From Thermotogota bacterium (GTDB lineage Bacteria; Thermotogota; Thermotogae; UBA12178), in NCBI GenBank assembly GCA_021161835.1, contig JAGGZV010000057.1:12434-76433 (forward strand): a stretch of 64,000 nt of DNA, in the 5' to 3' direction. Made by a program: the position numbers and the translations under genes. The notes below the pieces were generated by a model. The model was not told the origin of the DNA and made no database searches. It was given only the letters and a program-made list of their open reading frames with translations. Numbering within the stretch: the first letter of the stretch is position 1; every line of letters begins with the position of its first letter. Positions 28,406-35,967 of the stretch are shown here, in pieces.

Positions 28406-29684
28406 GCTCGTTCGAATGACCGGGCGAGTTACCAGGATCATAGGTTTAACCATAGAATCCAAGGGTCCCGATGCTTTTTTGGGTGAACTCTGCAAGATAG
28501 TTCTTCCTGATGGTCGGCGAATACTCGCAGAAGTTACAGGATTCAGAGACAACAATGTTATTCTGATGCCCTTGGAGGACACAACAGGTCTATCAAACGG
28601 TTGTGAAATCCTCAGGATGGATAGTGTACTGAATGTTCGAGTTTCCACCGACATGTTGGGAAGGGTACTCGATGGTCTGGGACGTCCCATGGATGGCAAA
28701 CCACTTTTTTCTTCCAGGTTGTATCCGGTTGTGGCGCAGGCTCCCAATCCTCTGGACAGGCGTCGAATAAAAGAACCACTTCCCGTTGGGGTACGTGTTA
28801 TCGATGCATTTCTCACTCTTGGTAAAGGCCAGAGGATAGGGATATTTGCGGGTAGTGGAGTGGGTAAGAGCACTCTGCTTGGTATGATTGCACGAAACAC
28901 AAGAGCCGACGTCAACGTTATTGCGCTTGTTGGAGAGAGAGGTAGAGAAGTACGCGAATTCATAGAAAGAGATCTTGGAGAAGAGGGTTTGAAAAGGTCG
29001 GTGGTGGTGGTTGCCACGAGTGATCAACCTGCTCTGGTGCGTGTGAAAGCGCTGTATGTTGCCACCACTATAGCAGAGTTTTTCCGCGATATGGGTAAAG
29101 ATGTCATGCTCATGGTGGATTCGCTAACGAGATGGGCCATGGCCCAGCGAGAGGTGGGGCTGTCCATGGGTGAACCTCCTGCCACCAGAGGCTACACTCC
29201 AAGCGTTTTCGCTTCTATTCCCAGAATCGTTGAAAGAGCGGGTATGTCTTCAAGGGGCAGTATAACGGCCATATATACCGTTCTCGTGGAAGCGGACGAT
29301 TTCAACGAGCCCATCAGTGATACGGCGAGAGGCGTGCTGGATGGTCATATAATCCTATCGCGTGCGCTGGCAGAGGCAAACCACTATCCCTCTGTGGATG
29401 TGTTGATGAGCATAAGCAGGTTAATGCCGGAGGTGGCAGATGAAACCCATCAAAGGGCTGCAGCAACTCTGCGTAATATAATGGCGGCCTACAACGAGGC
29501 CAGGGATCTTATAGAAGTTGGAGCCTATCGTGAGGGTACCAACAAGAGAGTTGATACAGCGTTGAAATATATGGATGAGATAAACGCCTTCCTGCGTCAG
29601 AATATTGATGAAAAGAGCGAGTTTGAGGAGACGCTTGAACGTTTGAAGGAAATTGCCGGGAAAGTTGAGAAGGAGCTCGCATGA
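28356..29684 (+). CDS. fliI: Flagellum-specific ATPase FliI
   Basis: The Walker A motif GSGVGKST, a Walker B motif in MLMVDSLTRWA, and a length of 442 aa fit FliI. The gene overlaps the fliH end by 50 nt. Confidence 0.95.
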   Translation: MVSRILEEMKSRIQRIELVRMTGRVTRIIGLTIESKGPDAFLGELCKIVLPDGRRILAEVTGFRDNNVILMPLEDTTGLSNGCEILRMDSVLNVRVSTDMLGRVLDGLGRPMDGKPLFSSRLYPVVAQAPNPLDRRRIKEPLPVGVRVIDAFLTLGKGQRIGIFAGSGVGKSTLLGMIARNTRADVNVIALVGERGREVREFIERDLGEEGLKRSVVVVATSDQPALVRVKALYVATTIAEFFRDMGKDVMLMVDSLTRWAMAQREVGLSMGEPPATRGYTPSVFASIPRIVERAGMSSRGSITAIYTVLVEADDFNEPISDTARGVLDGHIILSRALAEANHYPSVDVLMSISRLMPEVADETHQRAAATLRNIMAAYNEARDLIEVGAYREGTNKRVDTALKYMDEINAFLRQNIDEKSEFEETLERLKEIAGKVEKELA

Positions 29685-29692
29685 ATGTGCGA

Positions 29693-30271
29693 TCACCACA
29701 GTTTCATCTTCCAAACCTTTCCGCGTGTGTCCAGCAACAGATGTACTATTACTCCGCATGTACCCCCTATGGATATGAATAGCAAGCGTAACAGATGGTT
29801 GTGTAGCAAAGAAGTACCGAAGAAATACAAAAGGGCGCCATAAATTAGCGCGAACGAAATACTATGGAAGAACCCCCGATGTTTCATTAGAGCAGTTATG
29901 CTTTTCAATATGAGGAATGCGATTGCTACGGCCAGTGTCAACAGTACGGTGAAAGCGAGATGGTCTGGCATAAAAATTGCAACATACCGGAATAAGTGCT
30001 TCACCAGCAGATCCAGTATCTTCGTGAAAATCAGAGGAAGAAGGAGTACCTGAGCAAAGAACCTCATGGGTGCATCTTTGTGATCAATATCGGGTAGATC
30101 GCTCCCCACTATGAAAGCCAGATATGAAATTACTAGATCTACTGCACCTGGTGTGTAATCTATTCCCCATGCTCGTATTATGGAAATAAATACAAAGTAG
30201 TAAGCAGGATACAGGAATATTCCAGTGTTTAAATGAGTGGTTAGTCCGGGAATTTTTAAACACCTCCGCAT
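29693..30271 (-). CDS. Membrane-bound metal-dependent hydrolase, YdjM/DUF457-like
   Basis: The 192-aa polytopic ORF contains GSDLPDIDH and a C-terminal HLLLD, as in DUF457. The start is ambiguous: ATG 30271 has no SD, while ATT 30253 has GGAGGTG 7 nt upstream. Confidence 0.7.
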   Translation of the reverse strand: MRRCLKIPGLTTHLNTGIFLYPAYYFVFISIIRAWGIDYTPGAVDLVISYLAFIVGSDLPDIDHKDAPMRFFAQVLLLPLIFTKILDLLVKHLFRYVAIFMPDHLAFTVLLTLAVAIAFLILKSITALMKHRGFFHSISFALIYGALLYFFGTSLLHNHLLRLLFISIGGTCGVIVHLLLDTRGKVWKMKLW

Positions 30272-30273
30272 TA

Positions 30274-30296
30274 CAAAAGCGGGCTTTAAGCCCGCT
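30274..30296 (-). terminator. Rho-independent terminator after tRNA-Ser
   Basis: On the minus strand the sequence AGCGGGC-TTAAA-GCCCGCT is followed by TTTTG and starts 4 nt after the tRNA 3' end. Confidence 0.7.
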
Positions 30297-30299
30297 TTC

Positions 30300-30390
30300 T
30301 GGCGGAGAGGGCGGGATTTGAACCCGCGGACCGGTTTTGCCGGTCACACGCTCTCCAGGCGTGCGCCTTAGACCGCTCGGCCACCTCTCC
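30300..30390 (-). tRNA. tRNA-Ser: tRNA-Ser (anticodon GGA), CCA encoded
   Basis: The minus strand reads GGAGAGGTGGCCGAGCGGTCTAAGGCGCACGCCTGGAGAGCGTGTGACCGGCAAAACCGGTCCGCGGGTTCAAATCCCGCCCTCTCCGCCA. It folds as a cloverleaf with a 7-bp acceptor stem, anticodon loop CTGGAGA, a long variable arm and a GTTCAAATC T-loop. Confidence 0.95.
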
Positions 30391-30401
30391 GTGCGTAAGT
30401 G

Positions 30402-30410
30402 ATTATACCA
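30402..30410 (-). promoter_or_regulatory. Extended -10 element (TGgTATAAT) upstream of tRNA-Ser
   Basis: On the minus strand, catgGTATAAT ends 11 nt before the tRNA 5' end and overlaps the ATPase stop codon. No good -35 element is visible. Confidence 0.35.
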
Positions 30411-32292
30411 TGAAAATCCGCAAAGCGTTTAAAACGACCAGTATTGTCACTCCCACATCTGCAAAAACGGCTTCCCACATTGTTGCAGCACCGAAGGTTC
30501 CAAGTATCATAAAAAATACCTTCACGCCCAGAGCGAACAACACGTTCTGCCAAACTATGTTTATGGTCTTCCTGGATATGTCGATGGCGTCTACAAGTTT
30601 AGAGAGTTCATCATCCATTATCACGACGTCCGCTGCTTCTATCGCTGCGTCTGAACCCAATGCTCCCATGGCTACTCCGACATCTGCCATCATGATCACC
30701 GGTGCATCGTTTATACCGTCACCCACGAATGTAACATTTCCTTCATTTTTGAGTTCTTCCAGTGCTTTCACTTTTTCTTCAGGCAGTAGTGAAGCTTTGT
30801 ATTCATCCACACCAATTTCTTCAGCCACTTTTCTCGCGGTGCCTTCATTGTCCCCTGTAAGCATAACCACTCTCTTCACACCGCGTTTTTTCAATGCCAT
30901 CACAACTTCGCGTGCGTTTTCTTTTATTTTATCTGTTATGTGGATGCACCCCGCGTAGGTCCCATCTATGGCGATGTGCACTACCGTGGTTGTGTGATTC
31001 GACCCGCCGATATTAACATTTGCTTCAACCATCAGTTCTGTGTTTCCGATCATCACCTCTTTTCCTTCTACCACTGCTTTCACACCCTTACCTGGTACCT
31101 CTTCGTAGGCTTCTATCGTGAATATGTTCACGTTTCCATCGAATTCCTCCTTTATCGCGGTAGCCACCGGATGATTGGAATGATATTCGGCGTAAGCAGC
31201 ATACTTCAAAAGCTCCGACTCATCCATACCATTTTTTGTCTCGATCCTATCGATGGAGAGAATTCCTTCCGTCACGGTTCCTGTCTTATCGAATGCCACC
31301 ACTTCTGGTTTTCTTAAGCGTTCAAGATAGTCTCCACCTTTTACAAGAACCCCTGATTTGGATAATCTTCCCAGTCCTGCAAAGAAACTCAATGGTATGG
31401 AAATAACCAGAGCACATGGGCAAGAAATGACCAGAAACACGAGGGCTCTGTAAAACCATTCGTTGAACTCTCCTCCAAGGAACATAACTGGTACAACGAT
31501 CAAACATAATGCAAATCCAACAACTATAGGAGTATAGTACCTCGCAAATCTGGTTATGAATCGCTCAGTTTTTGCCTTCCTGCTGGCAGCATCCTGTACC
31601 ATGTGCAGAATCCTCGCTACGGTGGATTCTGAATATTCCTTTTCCACCTCAATTTTGAGAACACCCGTCTGGTTCACGAAGCCGCTCAGGACCTTATCTC
31701 CTTTTTTCACCTTTCGCGGCATGGACTCGCCGGTCAATGCCGAAGTATCCATCATGGCTTCCCCATCCACAACTCTTCCGTCCAGTGGTACCCTCTCGCC
31801 AGGCCTCACAATTATGAGTTCTCCCACTTTCACCTGCTCAGGTGGAAGTCGTTTCACATCTTTGTTTCTTAGCACATTGGCATAATCGGGTCTCATATCC
31901 AGAAGCTTGGTTATGGAACGTTTCGATCTTCCAACTGCCATTTCCTGAAGTAATTCACCAACTCTGTAGAACAACATAACACCTACAGCTTCTGGAAGTT
32001 CTCCGATAGCGATGGCTCCAATGGTCGCCAGACTCATCAAAAAATTTTCATCGAACACTTTTCCTTTTGCAAGATTCCTGAAAAATGTTGCCAGTATCTT
32101 ACCGCCGGCTACGATGTAGGCCGAAATGTAGAGTATAGCTTCCCATGTTGGATTTGAGAGAACTATACCAAGTGCAAACAACACTGCGCTCAGGGTTATT
32201 ACAAAGATTTCTCCTTTGTTGTTTTCTCCTTCAGTTACATCTGGTTTGACGACACAGTGATCACATTCGTTTTTTCGTTTATAATTTTTCAT
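30403..32292 (-). CDS. Heavy-metal translocating P1B-type ATPase (Cd/Zn/Co-type; no HMA domain, short CxxC N-terminus)
   Basis: The diagnostic motifs are TGES, CPC (SCPCALVISIP), DKTGT and GDGINDAP. An N-terminal CDHC motif is present. The start is at ATG 32292, after GGAGGTG. Confidence 0.92.
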   Translation of the reverse strand: MKNYKRKNECDHCVVKPDVTEGENNKGEIFVITLSAVLFALGIVLSNPTWEAILYISAYIVAGGKILATFFRNLAKGKVFDENFLMSLATIGAIAIGELPEAVGVMLFYRVGELLQEMAVGRSKRSITKLLDMRPDYANVLRNKDVKRLPPEQVKVGELIIVRPGERVPLDGRVVDGEAMMDTSALTGESMPRKVKKGDKVLSGFVNQTGVLKIEVEKEYSESTVARILHMVQDAASRKAKTERFITRFARYYTPIVVGFALCLIVVPVMFLGGEFNEWFYRALVFLVISCPCALVISIPLSFFAGLGRLSKSGVLVKGGDYLERLRKPEVVAFDKTGTVTEGILSIDRIETKNGMDESELLKYAAYAEYHSNHPVATAIKEEFDGNVNIFTIEAYEEVPGKGVKAVVEGKEVMIGNTELMVEANVNIGGSNHTTTVVHIAIDGTYAGCIHITDKIKENAREVVMALKKRGVKRVVMLTGDNEGTARKVAEEIGVDEYKASLLPEEKVKALEELKNEGNVTFVGDGINDAPVIMMADVGVAMGALGSDAAIEAADVVIMDDELSKLVDAIDISRKTINIVWQNVLFALGVKVFFMILGTFGAATMWEAVFADVGVTILVVLNALRIFMV

Positions 32293-32321
32293 TGCTTCAC
32301 CTCCATATATTCTCACATGAA

Positions 32322-32337
32322 CATATAAGCATATATG
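32322..32337. promoter_or_regulatory. Palindrome CATATA-N4-TATATG between arsR and the ATPase (candidate ArsR/SmtB operator)
   Basis: CATATAAGCATATATG lies 30 nt upstream of the ATPase start. A second copy of the same 6-4-6 palindrome occurs at 32747-32762. Confidence 0.5.
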
Positions 32338-32358
32338 AATAAAAAATAAATTTGAACC

Positions 32359-32733
32359 TCATGTCTTTTTCCTCTCCTGTATATGTGCCAATCCCGTGTC
32401 GACTATCTTTGCTATGTGTTCGTCGTCGAGAGAGTAAAAAACCGTTTTTCCTTCTTTTCTAAATTTGACCAGTTTGGCTTGTCTCAGGATGCGTAGCTGG
32501 TGTGATACAGCTGATTGTGACGCCCCCACTATGGCAGCAAGGTCGCAAACGCAGAGTTCTTCAAGCAGAAGAGCACACAAAATTTTTATTCTGGTACTAT
32601 CGCCGAAAATTTTGAAAAATTCTGCCAGTTCTATAAGTACTTCGTCTTTTACCAATTTTTCCTTTATCTTTCTGATTTTGTCTTCATGTACAAAAGTAGT
32701 CTTGCACACCTCTATTTTTCCCTCGTCTTTCAT
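32359..32733 (-). CDS. ArsR/SmtB-family metal-sensing repressor
   Basis: The sequence FKIFGDSTRIKILCALLLEELCVCDLAAIVGASQSAVSHQLRILRQAKLV carries the wHTH with an alpha3 CVC metal site. The start was chosen at the ATG 9 nt after GGAG; in-frame ATGs further upstream (to 32748) are possible. Confidence 0.85.
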   Translation of the reverse strand: MKDEGKIEVCKTTFVHEDKIRKIKEKLVKDEVLIELAEFFKIFGDSTRIKILCALLLEELCVCDLAAIVGASQSAVSHQLRILRQAKLVKFRKEGKTVFYSLDDEHIAKIVDTGLAHIQERKKT

Positions 32734-32746
32734 GTCCATCATCTCC

Positions 32747-32762
32747 ATATATGAATATATGC
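32747..32762. promoter_or_regulatory. Palindrome CATATA-N4-TATATG downstream of the arsR promoter (candidate operator)
   Basis: CATATATGAATATATG lies between the -10 element and the arsR start. It shares the 11-mer CATATATGAAT with the copy at 32330-32340. Confidence 0.5.
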
Positions 32763-32774
32763 TCATGCATAAAT

Positions 32775-32803
32775 ATAATACACCATGAATTTCCATATGT
32801 CAA
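32775..32803 (-). promoter_or_regulatory. Sigma-70 promoter of the arsR-ATPase operon (TTGACA-17-TATTAT)
   Basis: On the minus strand, TTGACA is at 32803-32798, the spacer is 17 nt and TATTAT is at 32780-32775. Confidence 0.65.
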
Positions 32804-33119
32804 CCAGTACGGGATGGGGTCAATTACGGTTTCTCCTGGTTCTACAAGACTGTTTCTTATTATCGGCGTTACTTTTTGGTGTTGGCGATTCCTTTCAGTT
32901 CCCATAACCGGTTCATTGCATAAATGGCATTTTGGAGGCTCACTTCCAGGTTTGTGGATATGATGATATGCTATACCGTTTTACTGTGAAAGCTATCCAA
33001 AAATTAACTTTACTGCAGCCGCACTCGGCACATGTGAATCCATCATTGTATTGGCTGCTGAGGAACAAGCGAATTTTCGCATAGGTGACAGGCGGGATAC
33101 AACCGGTTGGAGGATGGGA

Positions 33120-33642
33120 TCATTGGTACTCTTCTTTAATTTTCACAACGCTTGCTCTCAAAGGTTTACCATTACTTTCATAGAATTTTATGGCCCTTCT
33201 ATCTGAAGATGTCCACTTGATTGAACGGAGAATTCTTACACAGCTTATAATCTTTTTTATCTCTTTCTTTGGCTATTCTGAAGCACTCTGTCAGGATTCG
33301 AGTACCTATCTTTTTTCTCCAGCAGGATCTGATTACGTGAACCCCATAGTCGATGTTGAAGTTTCTTATGTTCAGATAGGCCATAGCCACGGGCTTTCCA
33401 TAAAGTTCTCCCGTTACAACTATGTGGTCGCCATTCCTCGGGGGCATGAAGAATCCCCAGCTCTTTTCATGGACTGTTTTAAATGCTTTTAAATCTTCTT
33501 CGGTCCACTTGTGGTAAATCTTTATTTCAACAGCCATATTACCTTTAAGTGGTGCATCTTCCAGTTTCCAGAACCACACATATGGCTTTGCGCGAATATA
33601 CTCGACAGGTATTTCATTGAGGGTTAATACGATTTTCCCCAT
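33120..33642 (-). pseudogene. GNAT-family N-acetyltransferase interrupted by a frameshift at an A6 run
   Basis: Motif A (VIRSCWRKKIGTRILTECFRIAKERDKK) is in one frame. The expected C-terminal region (IISCVRILRSIKWTSSDRRAIKFYESNGKPL...EEYQ*) continues in the +1 frame after the A6 run at 33253-33258 (T6 on the plus strand). The ORF-track frame instead ends in unrelated residues at 33199. Confidence 0.6.
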
Positions 33643-33652
33643 ATTTCTGAAT

Positions 33653-33826
33653 TTACTCAGGATCTCCTGAAGGGATCCATATAATCCTGAGCAAGTATTT
33701 TTCACTCTTTTGGAGCCATTCAGTTTTCAGTGCCGGCTTTGCCCAGAATATTTTTAATTTCCCAAGCTCGTGGTACCATTTTATGAATTCATCCTCTCTC
33801 AATGGCAGCAAGTTTAGTAATCTCAT
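33653..33826 (-). CDS. Small ORF (about 57 aa) of unknown function, possibly the displaced N-terminus of the GNAT gene
   Basis: The ORF reads MRLLNLLPLREDEFIKWYHELGKL..., with GGGGTGA 5-6 nt upstream. It overlaps the next frame at an A5 run (33698-33702). Confidence 0.3.
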   Translation of the reverse strand: MRLLNLLPLREDEFIKWYHELGKLKIFWAKPALKTEWLQKSEKYLLRIIWIPSGDPE

Positions 33827-34126
33827 ATCCATCACCCCACCACGTTTAAAACCCATCCCAGAAGTCTGAAAAATCATTCAGTTCTGTGGGTAGCTTATCA
33901 CATTTACCATCTTTATGCATGAATAAATGTTCGTACGATAATACGATGTGTGGCGAACCTGCATCTGTCAACCGGTTTGTGGAATTGAAACCGATGAGTG
34001 ATCTGTGAAAAAGGGGTATGTCGAAAAAAGCGTGGGGGAAATTTAAGGATAGATAACGGTCTTCCAGCTTCAGTAGAAAAAATAGCTGAGTATTGTAGAC
34101 GTATAAACACTTTTTGGAAGGTTGCA

Positions 34127-34135
34127 TGTTATAAT
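34127..34135 (+). promoter_or_regulatory. Extended -10 element TGtTATAAT immediately upstream of yicC
   Basis: TATAAT at 34130-34135 ends 6 nt before ATG 34142. There is no SD, which implies a leaderless or near-leaderless mRNA. Confidence 0.4.
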
Positions 34136-34141
34136 TTTTGC

Positions 34142-35025
34142 ATGATGAGAAGCATGACAGGATTCTCGCGAATAAATCTGATAACTGAAAAGGTGGAAAT
34201 CACCGTTGAACTCAGATCGTTGAACTCCAAAAACCTGAGTGTTTCTGTCAGCACTCATCCGGAATCTCTGGAGCTGGAATATGAGTTGCGTAAATATCTG
34301 CTGGAAACCCTCAAGAGAGGCAGGATAAATTGTAAGATACACATAGATTTCCTCCACTCGGTTCCCGCGATACGTGTGAACAAAGGTCTGGCAGGTTCGT
34401 ACATAGCAGCCCTCAACGAGATATCACAGGCCTTCGATATACCCGATACTACCACGACCGATACCATCAGCAGATTCCGCGATGTGTTTCATTCAACGAC
34501 GGAATGGGCGGAGGATGAAGGAATACGCGCAGCTATAAATGACGCTGTGACGCGTGCGATAATAGACCTGGAAAAGGAAAGAAGAACGGAAGGTGAGAAA
34601 CTCAGAAGTGTTCTGGAGGAATTTCTGGAAGAGCTGGAAGGTTATGTGAGGAAGATAGATGCATTGAAAGATGAGCAGAGGGCATACATAAAGGAAAACT
34701 TGAGAAATTTCTCGAAGAAATTGTGGTGAACCCTTCGGTGAAGGACGATGTAGGTGACAGATTGAGTATGGAGATAGCGCTTTCCGCCGAAAAAGCTGAT
34801 ATAACCGAAGAAATAGACAGGCTTTCCATGCATATCACCAGGTTCAGAGAATTGATGGACGAAGAGGAACCCGTGGGAATGAAGATGGATTTTTACTGTC
34901 AGGAGTTTCTCAGAGAGCTCAACACCATAGCTTCAAAGACAAGACTGAAAGAGATCTCACATCTCGTTGTCGAGGCGAAGAACACGGTCAACAGGATCAG
35001 GGAGCAGGTGCAGAACGTTCTGTGA
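34142..35025 (+). pseudogene. yicC: YicC-family stress-induced protein split by a frameshift at an A-run
   Basis: MMRSMTGFSRI... (YicC_N) runs to the stop at 34727-34729. The DUF1732 half (…LEKFLEEIVVNPSVKDD...SAEKADITEEIDRL...) is in the -1 frame, which opens at 34675. The break is most simply one missing A in GGAAAAC (34693-34699). Confidence 0.7.
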
Positions 35026-35073
35026 TCCCTCCTTCGTCTTCTGGCCAACAATCTTAAGAGGGGGAGGAATTGT

Positions 35074-35355
35074 ATGTATGGGCTTATCAACATAGGCTTC
35101 GGGAATGTGGTGGTGGGTGACCGGGTTGTGGCCATCGTCAATCCAGAATCTTCACCTTTGAAGCGTTTGAAAGAGCAAGCGAAGGACGATGGCAAGTTGA
35201 TCGACGCCACTTACGGTCGTAAGACGAGGGCGATAATCGTGACCGATAGCAATCACATCATATTGAGTGCTATACAACCCGAAACCATAGCCATGCGTTT
35301 CATACAGGCGCTTCTGGATATCGAAAATTCCCTTCACAAAATTAGAGGTGAATGA
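35074..35355 (+). CDS. remA: RemA/DUF370 family regulator
   Basis: The sequence [32 protein letters not shown]...[31 protein letters not shown] is a near-textbook RemA sequence. Confidence 0.88.
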   Translation: MYGLINIGFGNVVVGDRVVAIVNPESSPLKRLKEQAKDDGKLIDATYGRKTRAIIVTDSNHIILSAIQPETIAMRFIQALLDIENSLHKIRGE

Positions 35356-35358
35356 GAG

Positions 35359-35958
35359 GTGCGGGGGGTTCTCTATGTGATTTCCGGGCCATCCGGTGTC
35401 GGGAAAAGTACGATAATCAAAGAAGTTCTCAAAAGATTTGATGATGTTACCTTTTCCATATCTTACACCACCAGACCTAGGCGCCCTGACGAGGAGAATG
35501 GGGTGGATTACTTCTTTGTCAATGAAAGGACTTTCAAGCGTCTTATAAAACGCGGGGAATTTCTGGAATGGGCGCTGGTACATGGGTATTATTACGGGAC
35601 TTCCAAAAGTCAGGTGAAGGAAAACCTCAGCAGAGGCAGGCATGTTCTGCTCGATATCGATGTCCAGGGTGCTTTGAAGGTAATGGATATATACCCTGAT
35701 GCTGTTTTCATTTTCATAGCTCCACCAACTTTTTCTGATCTCAAGACACGTTTGATGATGCGTAAGACGGAAACGGAAGAGGAAATGCAGAAGCGCCTGG
35801 AAGATGCCAAATGGGAACTCTCCAACGCGCACAAATTCGAGTATCTGATAGTGAACAAGGAGATAACCAGGTCCATAAAGAATCTTGAAGCCATAATAGT
35901 GGCCGAACAGCTTAAGATAAAAAGAATGAGTGACTTTCTGGGTAAGTTCACACAATGA
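35359..35958 (+). CDS. gmk: Guanylate kinase
   Basis: The protein reads VISGPSGVGKST...SYTTRPRRPDEENGVDYFFV and is 199 aa. Confidence 0.95.
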   Translation: MRGVLYVISGPSGVGKSTIIKEVLKRFDDVTFSISYTTRPRRPDEENGVDYFFVNERTFKRLIKRGEFLEWALVHGYYYGTSKSQVKENLSRGRHVLLDIDVQGALKVMDIYPDAVFIFIAPPTFSDLKTRLMMRKTETEEEMQKRLEDAKWELSNAHKFEYLIVNKEITRSIKNLEAIIVAEQLKIKRMSDFLGKFTQ

Positions 35959-35967
35959 GGTGAGGAA

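Noticed and set aside
32684-32905. A 73-aa minus-strand ORF upstream of arsR
   Set aside because: It runs straight through the TTGACA-17-TATTAT promoter and operator into arsR. It has no SD and odd composition.
33846-34127. A 93-aa minus-strand ORF (and the overlapping 65-aa ORF at 33913-34110) between the GNAT gene and yicC
   Set aside because: It has no SD and no recognisable motif, is Phe/Leu/His-rich, and overlaps the yicC promoter. It is more likely non-coding or a decayed remnant. It is kept only as context for the islet finding.
30272-34141. tRNA-Ser as the integration site of a genomic island carrying the metal-resistance cassette
   Set aside because: The cassette lies on the 5' side of the tRNA. 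I found no integrase and no direct repeat of the tRNA 3' end anywhere in 29.6-34.2 kb.
34690-34729. Programmed -1 ribosomal frameshifting as the explanation for the split yicC
   Set aside because: There is no slippery heptamer (G-GAA-AAC is not X-XXY-YYZ) and no obvious downstream stimulatory structure. A one-base indel in the A-run is the simpler explanation.
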